Assembly (NCBI RefSeq): GCF_006345805.1 | Contig: NC_043007.1 | Coordinates: forward strand, 63,984,001 to 64,048,000 | From: Octopus sinensis | Taxonomy: Eukaryota | Length of the DNA stretch: 64,000 bases | Reading direction: 5' to 3' | In this document: positions 26,476 to 39,099 of the stretch, one piece after another | Position numbering within the stretch: position 1 is the first letter of the stretch | Layout: every line of letters begins with the position of its first letter | Notes under the pieces: generated by a model | The model's input: only the letters and a program-made list of their open reading frames with translations | What the model was told of the DNA's origin: nothing | Databases searched by the model: none | Translations under genes and position numbers: made by a program

Positions 26476-28623
26476 TGAACACAACATAGTCCTCTTTCCC
26501 TCTTGTTGATTAATTTGTGTTTTGATGAAAGAATCTGGTAAATTTCTTCAATACAAAGTTCACATCTTTTGTTCCCAATGCTATAAGATTTTGCTTGGCT
26601 AATTATTTCCCATGTAAGTGCATAGTTCTTATTTTTATCCTTAATTGATCAAATTAAATTACTTAGATTGGTGCTAGCCTCTTTTTTTCTATCCCTGAAG
26701 GTGTTTTCATGATTAGCTATCCTTTTTATATAATTTTCCATAGAACCTATATAGTAGTAATCCTGTCCCTCACATACAACCTTACGTCCATATATTACTC
26801 CTTTTTCCCTACAAAGAGAATTTAATGGACATAATTTTTCTTTAGCACAATCACAATTTTTTTTAGTAGTGCTCTCTGTTTTCTAATAATGTTGTGCTTG
26901 TATTCTATGCTTTCAGAGTTATCCTCATTATATTTATTTTCTATGATTATTCACGTTAGTTTGTTTACTGCCTGCATTATTATCTACTTTGTCTTTGTTT
27001 TCTTTTCCTATCCTAGTACTTTTATTGTTTTCTTTTTTGTGTTTATTGCTGCTATTGTTAGTATTAGTATTTATATTTATATTATCAATATTTATATTAT
27101 CAGTATTTATATTTATATCATCAGTATTAGTATTCATATTTATATTATCAATATTTATATTTATATTATCAATTTTATCAATGCTTATTGCTTCTTTTTT
27201 ATATAGATTGTATGTTTATATGTTTAGATCCTAGTGGAGTGTCCCTTAGAGTTATTTCCTTTTATTGTGTAACTCATATTGCCTTTAATTTTCTTGCCAT
27301 TTTGATCATTTCATAATTCATTTTTATTTTCTTTATTCCTTTTGTTGTAGAAATCATTTACTCTTTTAACATTTTGAGCAACAATAATTTGTGCTATGTT
27401 TTTTGATATGCAAAATCTGGCCCTTAGTTTGTGTGAGTTTATTATTTTATGGTATTTTGTAGAATAATTTCACTATATTAATTCTAATTTGCTTTGCAAA
27501 AGATATTATGAACCATATTATATCATCTTTAGAATGATTTTTATGTTATGGGGGTTGATGTCATTTGTGCATAGGGTGTAACTTTTTACAGGATTGTTAG
27601 AAATATTATCATTTAGCTTTTCATATATTTCTCTTTTGTTGTTAATTGTTCTATTTTGGTTTATATTCATATAGTCATAATTATTATAGTGTTTTATTTT
27701 TGACTCTATTTTCATCTTATCTTTTATTTTTACCCATTCCTTAATGTTTGTATCGTTTTTATACATGCTTGATTTCTTTTTGTTTTCTATCTTTTTCTTG
27801 ATGTGTTTACTTACATTTTTCTTATCGGATTTATATTCTATCCTATCCATATTCTTTTTATCCTTATATTTAATAATTTCTGTATCAATAGCTTTATTGC
27901 GAATCTTGTTTTGTGCTTTGTTCCTATTCTCAGATTTTATGCTTGGTATGTAGAATTTTTATTTTTGTTTAAATCCAGCTTTACTTAGTGTGGTGTTGTA
28001 ATAATCAATTTCTGTTTAAAAATTTCCTCATCATAGATATTGATAGCTGCATTCATCTATTAACCCTATACTACTAAATAAGGCCCTCTTGTTTGCTAAA
28101 CAGAATACAGATCTTAATATGAATGAAATCAATGTAATATTAGCAGCTAGGAAATTTATTATACAATTTGATAATAAATACTGAGTAAAGAAAGACACTA
28201 ATGATAGCTTCGACATAACAATGGGAGCTACTGACTCATCTAAGTAAAGCTTGCTGTAAACAAAAATTAAAATTAAAACCATATACAAAACAAAATTTGA
28301 ATAGTATGAAAAGTAGGAGCAGGCTTGTAAGCATAAATAGTTGATCAATTTGGCCAAATAGGTGGAATCAGGACATAGAAGAATGTGTTATGGACATACT
28401 GATTAGGATGAAAAGTAGTGGCAAACTTGTAAAAAGTTAATCAGCACTACCAAAAGAGTGGAATTGTAACATGACCTAGTTCTTCTGAACTATGCCTATC
28501 CCTTGTCCAGTAAGGTCAAAAAATCAACTTATAGCTATTTTTAGAACAAAATCCCAGATGCACATGCTGCAATTCAATTGGAATAAACGCTCCATCCATT
28601 AGGATGTGAAAAATATCAGTCAG

Positions 28624-28725
28624 TTATGCCCTGAGGAGGCCTTTTGCTTTTTCAACTTCATAATGCATATTAAAAGTGCAAATATTGAATAATAGCAATC
28701 AGCCAAAATGCACCATAGGCAATAA
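28624..28725 (+). ncRNA. Hammerhead-ribozyme-like motif in right (inverted) pseudo-LTR
   Basis: ttatgcc-CTGAGGA-ggc...gcc-(A)AAA-tgcacca-TA-ggcaataa. Stems I, II and III can pair; GAAA has become AAAA. Confidence 0.6.
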
Positions 28726-29041
28726 TAATGGACTTGTTAATTTGACTGGACTATGGTAATAAATTGATTACTCTATGTATGTATTCTCTGATTTCTTTGC
28801 ATTTTTAAACTTTTTCTCCTATATCGAAAATGATGGAAATCTCTGTAGCAACAACTGGAATTTCAGATGTGTAAAGTACTAATATTGAAGAAAAACCAAT
28901 GATAAACACTAGTACATATACACATGAAAAATTTCCAGTATCATTAATTGATATTTGTGCAAAACTATCATACGCTCAAATAATATATCCCTAAAAAAGA
29001 ACAACTTCTTTCTATAAAGACATATATATATATATATATAT

Positions 29042-29450
29042 ATATTAAATTAGAGATAAAACCACTATTAGGCAAATCAAACAGTGAAAAACATAAACCA
29101 AAACATAAAAATAAAATTAATTAATATAATATATTAAAAAAAAATAATAATAAAAATAATAATATATATATATATATAAATTCATAAGTATAAATTAATA
29201 ATTTAAAAAAACATTTTTAAATTCTAACTTTAAATTTAAATAATTTAAATTTTGAATTTTATATTTTATATATTTTGTACGTTATATTAATTAATTTTAT
29301 TTCTATGTTTTGGTTTATGTTTTTCACTGTTTGATTTGCCTAATAGTGGTTTTATCTCTAATTTAATATATATATTTATACTGTAAAATTGGATTTAATC
29401 CTAAATCTAATTTTTCCCCTGTAAGTTTGGATTTACTCCCTAATATTATT
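29042..29450. mobile_element. AT-rich fold-back repeat, probably a PLE terminus; same family at 43985-44060 and 63455-64000
   Basis: aaattagagataaaaccactattaggcaaatcaaacagtgaaaaacataaacc (29047-29098) is inverted at about 29312-29365. The terminal block atccaaacttacaggg recurs in the other copies. Confidence 0.7.
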
Positions 29451-29465
29451 ATTATTATATATATA

Positions 29466-30497
29466 GAATAAGAATAGCTTGGGCAAAGTTCAGAGAGCTC
29501 TTATCTCTGCTGGTGACAAAGGGCCTCTCGCTCAGAGTAAAAGGCAGACTGTATGATGCATGTGTACGAACAGCCATGCTACATGGTAGTGAAACATGGG
29601 CTGTGACTGCTGAGGATATGTGTAAGCTCGCAAGAAATGAAGCCAGTATGCTCCGATGGATGTGTATTGTCAGTGTTCATACTCGACAGAGTGTAAGTAC
29701 CTTGAGAGAAAAGTTGGACCTAAGAAGCATCAGTTGTGGTGTGCAAGAGAGACGTTTGCACTGGTATGGTCATGTGGCTAGAATGGATGAAGATAGTTGT
29801 GTGAAAAAGTGTCACACCCTAGCGGTTGAGGAAACCTGTGGAAGAGGTAGACCCAGGAAAACCTGGGACGAGGTGGTGAAACACGACCTTCGAACTTTAG
29901 GTCTCACCGAGGAAATGACTAGATACCGAGACCTATGGAAGTATGCTGTGCGTGAGAAGACCCGGCAGAACAAGTGAGACCATAACCCGTGGCCTCTACC
30001 TGGGATGTAGCCAGTCGACTTATGCATACCTTTCCTTCTTGGGACACAAAACTCTACTTGTGAAGACCTGTTGAGACAAGTGAGAATCAGAATCGAAATT
30101 GATCAACATCAATGGAAATTGTAGCTGTGATATCAGTGCCGGTGGCACGTAAGCGAGCCATCCAAACGTGGCCATAGCCAGCGCCGCCCTGACAGGCCTC
30201 CGTGCCAGAGGCACATAAAAAGCACCATCCGATCATGGCCGTTGCCAGCCTCGTCTGGGCCCTGTACCGGTGGCACGTAAAAAGCACCATCCGAACGTGG
30301 CCGTTTGCCAGCCCCGTCTGGCACGTAAAAAGAACCCACTACACTCACGGAGTGGTTGGCATTAGGAAGGGCATCCAGCCATAGAAACATTGCCAGATCA
30401 GACCGGTCCTGGTGCAGCCTTCTGGCCTCCCAGACGCCAGTTGCACCATCCAACCCATGCTAGCATGAAAAGCGGACGCTAAATGATGATGATGATG

Positions 30498-30498
<1 letters not shown>
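29466..30498 (+). mobile_element. RTE-clade LINE 3' end (ORF2 C-terminus, 3' UTR, (TGA)n tail)
   Basis: RIAWAKFREL...KGRLYDACVRTAMLHGSETWA...MLRWMC...RRLHWYGHVARM...GRGRPRKTW. The 3' UTR has short internal repeats (ggcacgtaaaaagcaccatccga) and ends aaatgatgatgatgatg. Confidence 0.93.
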
Positions 30499-30541
<43 letters not shown>

Positions 30542-30569
30542 TATGTATGTAATATAGATGTATATGATA

Positions 30570-30980
30570 GAGGCATATCTCTGTGGTTAAGAAGTTCACT
30601 TATTTATCACATGATTTCAGGTTGAGCTCAACTGAATGACACCTCAGACAATAAGTCCAAGTTGCCCCAGCCCAAGTTGCCCAAGTGAGTGGATTTAAGT
30701 AAACACAAACTGGAAGAAGCCCAATGTATGTGTGTGTATGTGTGTGTCTGTGTATATCTATATGTGTTTTTGTCTTCTCTTAAAATCACATGATAGTCAT
30801 AAAGGAGTGTCACTGTCATGCAAACAATGTCATTCATTTTTAATATTCCATGAAATGGGGAAATATCACCATGCTAGGAAACAAGTGAGGGTTGGTGGTA
30901 AGAATGTCATCCACCTATAAATAATCTACCTCGAGGAATTCTGTCTGACTCATGCAAGCATGAAAAGTGGACTTTAAAAG
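30570..30980 (+). mobile_element. SINE family A with RTE-type tail
   Basis: Head ctgtggttaagaagttcact; tail catgcaagcatgaaaagtggac. Confidence 0.7.
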
Positions 30981-31009
30981 AATGCCAGTACACACAAACA
31001 CATACATAC

Positions 31010-31076
<67 letters not shown>

Positions 31077-31469
31077 CCATACACACACATATATCTTTTC
31101 AATTTTGAATATGCAAATAAAGCTCCTCTTCCATTATGCTCGCAACAATCTAATGATGCTGGCCAGCAAACCACTTTTTGAGGTTGCATCAAGGTGTACT
31201 GATATAATGTAGGATTAATATAGTAATAATAACAATAATCCTTGGATGGAATTTATAAACTTTAAAAGAAAACACACACATGCGCATTAAATGTTTATAA
31301 ATTCCAGCCACGGATTATTGCTATTAATACTATATATATATATATATATATACACATACACACTCATATGTATATATCTCTATCTATCTATCGTTCTCTC
31401 TCTATATATATATGTGTGTGTGTGTGTATCTATCTATCTATCTGTCTATATATATATATATAATCAAAA

Positions 31470-33090
31470 TAACAGAATGTCAAGTAGTAATGCAGTACGA
31501 CTGTTTCAAGCGGCTCCATTTAATTGAACAATGGAATCATTATATCAATTTAAATACAGTGCTATTTTCAACTGAACAAATATGGATCTTCAACAGACAA
31601 GATATATTGATATGATTTTTCTTAAATATTTTATCAGAGCAAGAAGATAGAAGAATTTCATGTCATTATTGTAGCAAAAATAGCTAAGAGAAGAACAAAA
31701 CTACAATTTTTAGAGTGACATGGGACACATATGGTTGTAATTCATTTCCAATTTATCTATCTCCTTATCATCAACAAAAATCTAAGACCAGAAGACTTAT
31801 TTAGAATAAAGAGCAAAGCGAGTTGACAGCTCATCACTGGCTGTTGGTTATAAATTTCATACTATCACAGCCCCCCCCCCCAGCAACCCACAAGAAAAAA
31901 CAAACTTTAGAAAGAGTCAATTAGTAAATGTCTATAAAAGAGGTAGGGTAAGTTTGACATTAATTCATGATGTTGTTACCTGTTAAAGGTTCAAACACTG
32001 AAAACTTAGGATGCTACAATGAGGTCCAAGAAAATATTAGGGGTTCAGTTGGAGACTGTTTATAAACAATATTATTATGTTGTATAAAAATAAAATTTAA
32101 AAAAGAAATTTTAGAAAGAGATATCATAACCAAGTTAGCTAAAAGGAGTTTATAGATCAATTTAAACATTAAAAAGATTACTATTATGTAGAATCAACTT
32201 AATAATTCATGTTTATTTAATAAATTATAAGGTGGTCACTATAAAGACCACTCAAACCACTTACATATGGAATTTATCTGGAAAAAGTATACAAGAAAAA
32301 ATGTGTACTGATATAAGTAGGTGTAATAGTATAAAAATAAGGCATACAGATACATATACAAAAATACAAAAAGGGATTTATATATATGTGCATCAGCATG
32401 GCCGCAGCTTTGAGCTGAAACTAGAGAAAAAAAATATATATGTGTGTGTATGTATATATACATACACTTACATAAAAAGTATAGCGTAATTATTTGGTGT
32501 AAATATAAGTAACTGGAAAATATCAATTTAGGAACCATTTTCAGCCACATCTTAACCTACATATATATATGTGAAGAGATGATGCAACAGACCGGGGATT
32601 AAAATTAAAAGCAAGAAAATATAAAGGTAACTTAAAAAGGGATAATAGGTATGGAAATAATGAGGACAGTTTAAGGTACTCATACCAAAGTGGTTTTGTA
32701 AGTTATAATATTACAGTGCTATTGTATGTATGATTGTATAGTTCTTAGTGGGTATAAGAGTTAGTCAAGGGAGACTTACTATCTCAATATCATTACAAAT
32801 ATATTTAATATGACTGATAGGGTAGAAATTCAGAGAAGGAAAATAAAAAAAAAACAATTGTAGTTTTGTTCTCTCAGCTATTCTTGCTACAATAGTAACA
32901 ACATGAAATACTTCCTTCCTCTTGCTCTGCTAAAATAAGAAAAATTATATTAATATATCTTGTCTGTTAAAAATCCATATTTGTGCAGCTGAAGATAGTG
33001 CTGTAATTTAAATTGATGTAATGATTGCATTGTTCAATTAAATGGAGCTACATGAAACAGTCGTACTGCATTATTACTTGATATCTTGTT
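31470..33090 (+). mobile_element. Decayed Penelope-like element with inverted repeats of about 235 bp
   Basis: 31470-31710 is the reverse complement of 32855-33090. The A-rich interior has GIY-YIG-like remnants (YLGVNISNWK, about 32490). A hammerhead-like motif lies in the repeat. Confidence 0.7.
32984..33070 (+). ncRNA. Type I hammerhead-ribozyme-like motif
   Basis: tgcag-CTGAAGA-tag...cta-cat-GAAA-cagtc-GTA-ctgca: perfect 5-bp stem I, both core boxes intact, minimal stem III, GUA triplet. An eroded mirror copy lies at about 31491-31577 on minus. Confidence 0.65.
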
Positions 33091-33097
33091 ACTTATC

Positions 33098-33440
33098 CAC
33101 CCGTGGACATATTTACAAAGTAAGAAAACAGCACAGCTCCCATGACTTCAGGAAACATTTTTTCACGCTGAGAGTTGCTGAAGCATGGAACAAACTGCTG
33201 GCATCAGTTGTTAGTTGTCGGAGCACTGCATCCTTCAAAACTTCCATGCTTCCTGAGATTCGCCAACACTACACTTGATTTTCTCCCCTCCATACACACA
33301 TCAAGCATGTATCTGACTCATACATTGTTCGCTTTCCAGACATTTCTACATTACTGCAAGTACTTTATATGCACTTTCTGACAAGTTGTGGTGCACCTGA
33401 GCATTGTATACAATAATTTCATTATTATTATTATTATTAT
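33098..33440 (+). mobile_element. CR1-group LINE 3' end with (TTA)n tail
   Basis: TRGHIYKVRKQHSSHDFRKHFFTLRVAEAWNKL...FK matches the CR1 C-terminal TRGH..KL...FF..RV...WN.LP motif, followed by a 3' UTR and attattatt. Confidence 0.85.
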
Positions 33441-33552
33441 TTTTATTTTTATTTTATTAACCTTAATAAGTCCAGTATTATCCTCTGCGGATAATATTGG
33501 ACTGACTTGGTGCTTCCACTTATGTACCTAATTCAGCTGTGTGTGTGTGTAT

Positions 33553-33629
<77 letters not shown>

Positions 33630-33630
<1 letters not shown>

Positions 33631-34200
33631 GCCATAGTCGTGGCTGTGTGGTAAGAAGCTTGCTTCTCAACCACATGGCACCTTGGGCAAGTGTCTTCTA
33701 CTATAGCCTCGGGTCAACAAAAGCCTCATCAGTATATTTGGTAGACGAAAAGCGAAAGAAGGCCATCATATATATATATGTATGTGTGTGTGTGTGTGTG
33801 TATGCGTGTTTATCCCTCCATCACGACTTGACAACCGGTGCTGGTGTGTTGACGTCCCCATGACATAGCAATTCAGCAAAAGAGCCCAATAGTCCTGGAG
33901 TCAATTTGTTCAACTAAAACACTTCAAGATGGTGCACCTGCATGGCCGCAGTCAAATGACTGAAACAAGTAAAACAATAAAAGAATATACACACACAGGT
34001 ACAGGTGTGCACTTCCCAACCACCTGCTGTAGATGTTTGTCCCACTGCATGATACCTTGAATAAGTATCTCCTATAGTGCTTAGCCAATCAAAGCATGTG
34101 AGTGGATTTAGTAGATGAAAACTGAAAGAAGCCCATTGTGTATAGGTATGAGTGCATGAGTGGATGTATGTTTGTGTCACCTTGTTTTGACATCATACAA
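33630..34200 (+). mobile_element. Two adjacent SINE family A copies
   Basis: gtggctgtgtggtaagaagcttgcttc head at about 33640; second degenerate head at about 34000. Confidence 0.75.
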
Positions 34201-34590
34201 TATTTGTAACAAGTTAGTTCATTCTTTTTACTGATGGATACTGTGTAGTTTCTCATAGAGACAGAGCTGGCATTTGTAAACTTTACATGAGAAGGGCAGG
34301 GCCTTTTCAAGAATCCTCCATTTGATGTTGCAGTAGTTATTTTGTTGGTCATAGTGTCACCCGATGCAGTAGGACAGGGAGATGGAGGTTTCCCTATCCC
34401 AGAAATTTAAGGAGTGCATGTCTGTGTAGTGTCTTTTTATACCATTAGACAGTGTTTATAAACTACAACCTTTAAGTGACAGGATCCTCTCAGTGGGCAT
34501 TTGGTAAAATTTCAGCAGTTGTAGATGAGTTGACACACACACATACTGTTTAAAGAACCCAGATGTTTAAAGTAGCTTCCTGCATTCACA

Positions 34591-34907
34591 GAATGAGGAT
34601 TGGTTATGTTTTCAACTTTATCTTCACCAAGCATATAACTTGATTAGATTAAGTAGGGCAAAGATTTGATTTTGATTAAGATATAACTGATCCAAGTGAA
34701 TACGTTCCCTTTGTGAACATGGAGAGAGAGAGAGAGTCTTTGCTAGAATATATATAAATAGTTTGCTTCAGAATACATGTTCACAAATCAAACTTGTTCT
34801 CTTGGATCAACTATACTTTAATCAAATTCAAATCTTTGCCAAACTTTATCTAATGAAGTTACATGCTTAGTGAAGATAAAGTTGAAAGCACAACCACTCT
34901 TCACTCA
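34591..34907. mobile_element. Unclassified palindromic MITE-like element
   Basis: Arms of about 130 bp (34591-34721 and 34776-34907) are reverse complements around a spacer of about 55 bp. Confidence 0.7.
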
Positions 34908-35457
34908 GTCTTTTCAAAGCTTTGGTTGATGTGGAGCTAAAGTTGCAGATACTTGCCCCAGATGCTGTGCAGTGTATCTGTATTGCAAGACCACATAACT
35001 GAGAAGCAAGCTTCTTACCACACAGCCACAACTTTAATGTGCTCCACTAGTGTAGATTTTGATCAATGCTCAGCATTAGTTTGTGATAAAAATAGGCTTC
35101 TAAGATTATTTATGGTGTAAACCTAGAACAAACATTATGTTGGACATATTTATACTCAATGAAATTACTCAAGAGAAATATATATAAATGCAAAGTAAAG
35201 TGAGTGTGTCAAGCTAGATGTGACAGTGCTGTAAGTTAATTTCAGACAAACAAGTAAACTTCTCAAAACGATGTACGTGTGAGTGTGTAATTGTACAGGT
35301 GTGTGAACAATAAATATTTTACATCTATTTTCTGTGCTGTCATAAAACTGATTTCTTAATTTGGTTGAAGCAGTTGGGTTGGAGAGAGAGGCAAATTGGA
35401 AGTTTGACATCAGAACTTTCCCCAAAGTATTAGCAGTGTAAATGGAAAGCTTCTAGC

Positions 35458-35475
35458 TTGCTGCTGCTGCTGCTG

Positions 35476-35512
<37 letters not shown>

Positions 35513-35518
35513 AACAAT

Positions 35519-35579
<61 letters not shown>
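35458..35579. repeat. (CTG)n/(CTA)n microsatellite
   Basis: Seen directly. Confidence 0.97.
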
Positions 35580-35580
<1 letters not shown>

Positions 35581-36389
35581 TAAAGTCTGTTTCTGAAAAT
35601 AATAGTTGTGATGTTGATTTCTAACAAAAAAGAACATAAAGTTTAAGGATTAGGGTTTAGTTATTTGAATTGATTTCAGTACTTGACTGGTTATTTCATT
35701 CCCCCAGAGCAATGAATAACAAAGTTGAACACAGAAGAATGTTAAGGAACAAAACTTTTATATATACTTAGTCCAACACTCTATCACTTCTGCTAGAAGA
35801 CCTCATATAGCATAATAAATATCATTTCTAGTGTTAGCCTGAGCTTTTAAGTTTTAGAGAATGGGGTACATTTGAGTTTATTAGCCTCAGTACTTAACTG
35901 GTGTTCATTTCATTGTCAGAAATGTGACAAGTCAGATCAACTTCCACAGCATTTAAACTCAGTAAGATCAAGGCATGTAACTCAATTCAAGATATATTGT
36001 TGACATAAAAATTTATAAACTTTTGAGAAAACATGAAATAATTCTTGCTTGGAATTGGTTCTCGAAGTACATGTAAATCTATGAATAACAGCATGTAAAT
36101 TTTGGGTTGAAAATCACTTTTTGGATAGTAAAAGCCCCTGTGGGACATTTACATGTTATTATTTATAGCTTTATTTGTACTTCAAGGAGTAATTTCAAAA
36201 ACGGAATTACAGCAAAGTATATCTTATGCAATGATCTGTCGAATGTACCAAAGTAATATTTTTTGTGTTTTTACAAAGCCACAGATTCGTTGGAACACTG
36301 TTGTAGTAAATGTGAATGGGGTGAAAGTGGCAAGCTTGTGGAATCATGAGAGCATTGTTTTTGTGCCTAGATCAGAAATAATAATATTA

Positions 36390-37797
36390 AAAATGGTTTC
36401 AAATTTTGGCATGAGGCCAGCAATTTTATGATCAATTTTACATTGATCCCAGTACATGACTGGTACTTTATTTTATTGGCCCCAGAAGGAAGAAAGTCAA
36501 AGTGAAATTTGAACACAAAATATAATAAGTCAGAAGAAATGTCACTAAGCATTTTGTTCAACACTCAAATAAGTGGTTTTGTCAGCTCACCACCTTAATA
36601 TTAATAATAATCCTTTCTACTATAGGCACAAGGCCTGAAATTTCAGAGGAGTGGGCTAGTCGATTACATTGACCCCACTACTCAACTAATTTTATCGACC
36701 CCCAAAAGGATGAAAAGCAAAGTCGACCCCAGCAGAATTTGAACTCAGAACATAAAGACGCAAAAAATGCTGCTAAGCATTTTGCCCAGTGTGCTAATGA
36801 TTCTGCCAGCTTGCCACCTTAATAATGATATTGGTTTAAAATTTCAGCACTTGGCCAGCAATTTCAGCAGAGAGAGTAAGCCAATGACATTGACTGGTAC
36901 TTATTTTATCAACCCTGAAAGGGTGAAAAGCAAAGTCAACCTCAGTGGAATTTGAACTCAGAACATAAAGACATTTTGCTCAGCACGGTAACAATTCTGC
37001 CAGCTTGCTGCCTTAATAATCTCCTAATATAATAATGAGCGTAGAGTTTTTATATATTTGTCTAGAATCACATCGGACGCAGAGGAGAGAAAATAGTAAT
37101 TCAGCGAAGGAGAAGTAGTGAGAGTAATAGCCCTGGCTGAGAGGGAGTGAGAGAAAGTAATAACAATGAGAGAAAGGAAGGGGTGATAGATGAATAAGGA
37201 AGAAAGAGGGAAAAAAAATCAGCATTTCAATTCTATGTGTGTATGTGTGTGTGTACAAGGGAAGTATGTGAATGTTTGTAGTGTGATTATTATGTACCTT
37301 ATTTATTTATAAAATACTACAGTTAGTGGTCATTATTGATGACACGTTGTCAGCTCAAAATAATAATAAAGCACAAGGCCAGCAGTTTTTATGTAATGAA
37401 ATTTGTCAATAAAATCAGTCTCTATACTTGACTGGCACTTTATTTTATCGTCTTCAAAAAGATGAAAGGCAAAGTTAACCTCAGCATGATTTGAACTCAG
37501 AACATAAAGAGTCCTAACTAAATATTGCTGGGCATTCATTCTGTCCAACATTCCAACAATTTTCCATCACCCTTAATAATGATAATAATCCTTTCTACTA
37601 TAGGGACAAGGCCTGGTAAGAGTTCCAGTTTGATTAAATTGGCCCCAGTTATCAACTAGCACTTATTTCATTGACCCTAAAAGGATGAAAGGCAAAGGTG
37701 ACCTCAGCAGAATTTGTACTCAGAACATAAAGACAGATGGAATGCCGCTAAGCATTTTGCCTAATGCAGCAACAATTCTGCCAGTTCACCGCCTTAT
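36390..37797 (-). mobile_element. Array of five co-oriented SINE family B copies
   Basis: Copies at about 36393-36596, 36611-36820, 36829-37013, 37365-37574 and 37589-37795. Each ends ccacctt/cgcctt on + followed by (AAT)n. Confidence 0.85.
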
Positions 37798-39099
37798 ATT
37801 AATAATGATGATGATGGTAACAACAACAATCACAACAACAGCAGTAGTAATTATATAATTGCTTTAATCATATTCTGCTTAAAAAATTGCTGACTTTCCT
37901 TATTCTAAGATATCAGTGAAATAGCTACCTAATGAAACTTTCTAAATCTTTCTCCACTTTGTGTCTGTAATCAAATGGTCTAGACCCTAATTTTTTCTGT
38001 ATTTCTTTCCTCCCTATTGTTCAAGATTGACAACTTCTTTTGTCTGTCTCCATTCTCCCTACCCACCCACCTTGTAAGCTTTTAGATAATTATTTAGGGG
38101 TTCCTATTATTCATCTGGTCTCTTTGGATCTATCCTCTCCACACTCAAATATTATGCTTGGTTGTCACTAACCCAGAGGCTCGAAGTCAAACACCTCCTA
38201 CTGCATGTAAAACAAAATGAGGCTGCTGAGCAGATCTCTTGTTGTAGTTGTTGTTGTTGTTGTTGTTGTTGTTTTTGCCTCATATCAATCCTGAGTGAGC
38301 AAACCTATGATCCAATCCATTAAAACTATGACTCTCTTCTATTGTAAGAATAGGTCTTCATACATAAATGCATGTATGCATGGTTATACACATAGGGTGG
38401 TGTTTATTTCTGTAACAGCCGCAGCAGGCACTGGCACCCTTTGCACCCATTAGGACAAGTAGGTTCCACTCACTACAGATTAAATACTCAGATAATGCCA
38501 ACAATTGTTTTCGCTATGTGTTGTGTGAATTGTTCTATATGTTGCAATGTTAGGTGATTGTTGTGGATGGCAGTTGTGTAGAATGTCAGTTGTGTCAGTT
38601 GTTATTGTTATAGTATTGTTATAGTATTTGGTGTCAACTATGTAAGAGCTAGTGTTGCATATACAATTTGTTGTTTAGTTCAAGCCATCCCTAAATAAAG
38701 ACCTATGATCAAAGGTCTTCCAGCCATGACCCTCCTTTCTTTTTTTTTAGACATAGTGTGTATATAAGAGCACATTTTTTCCAGTGTGTGGTTTAAGCAA
38801 GATTTACCTGCTAATTCTAGCTGAGAAAGTGACTGCATAAGGACTCTAATTTATTGAGTTGTGAGCATGTAGAATATGTTTTACCTAAGTTGTGTTGTTG
38901 GATGGTGCTTTTATGAAGTATGTATTGTATGTTTTGTGTTCTTTCATTGAGTGGTGGTGTTTGTATGAAGAATGGCATTGGATGATGATTGTATGGAGCA
39001 GGTCCTATGTAAGTTGTATTATTTTATTAGGTTGTATGAACTGTGTTTTGTATTTTTATGCAGAGATTAAGCTGTTTGAGTTGTGCTATTGAATTGGCT

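Larger units (their letters stand above)
24704..28800 (-). mobile_element. Penelope-like (Neptune-type GIY-YIG) element with inverted pseudo-LTRs of about 490 bp
   Basis: 24704-25188 is the reverse complement of 28314-28800. The minus strand at about 26500-26870 reads CDCAKEKLCPLNSLCREKGVIYG...YYYIGS...KRIANHENTFRD...STNLS...WEIISQAKSYSIGNKRCELCIEE...LINKR, preceded by an Asn/Ile low-complexity linker. Confidence 0.88.

Noticed and set aside
36390-37797. Regularly spaced repeats superficially like a CRISPR array
   Set aside because: Units are diverged SINEs of about 200 bp with no unique spacers or cas genes, in a eukaryotic context.
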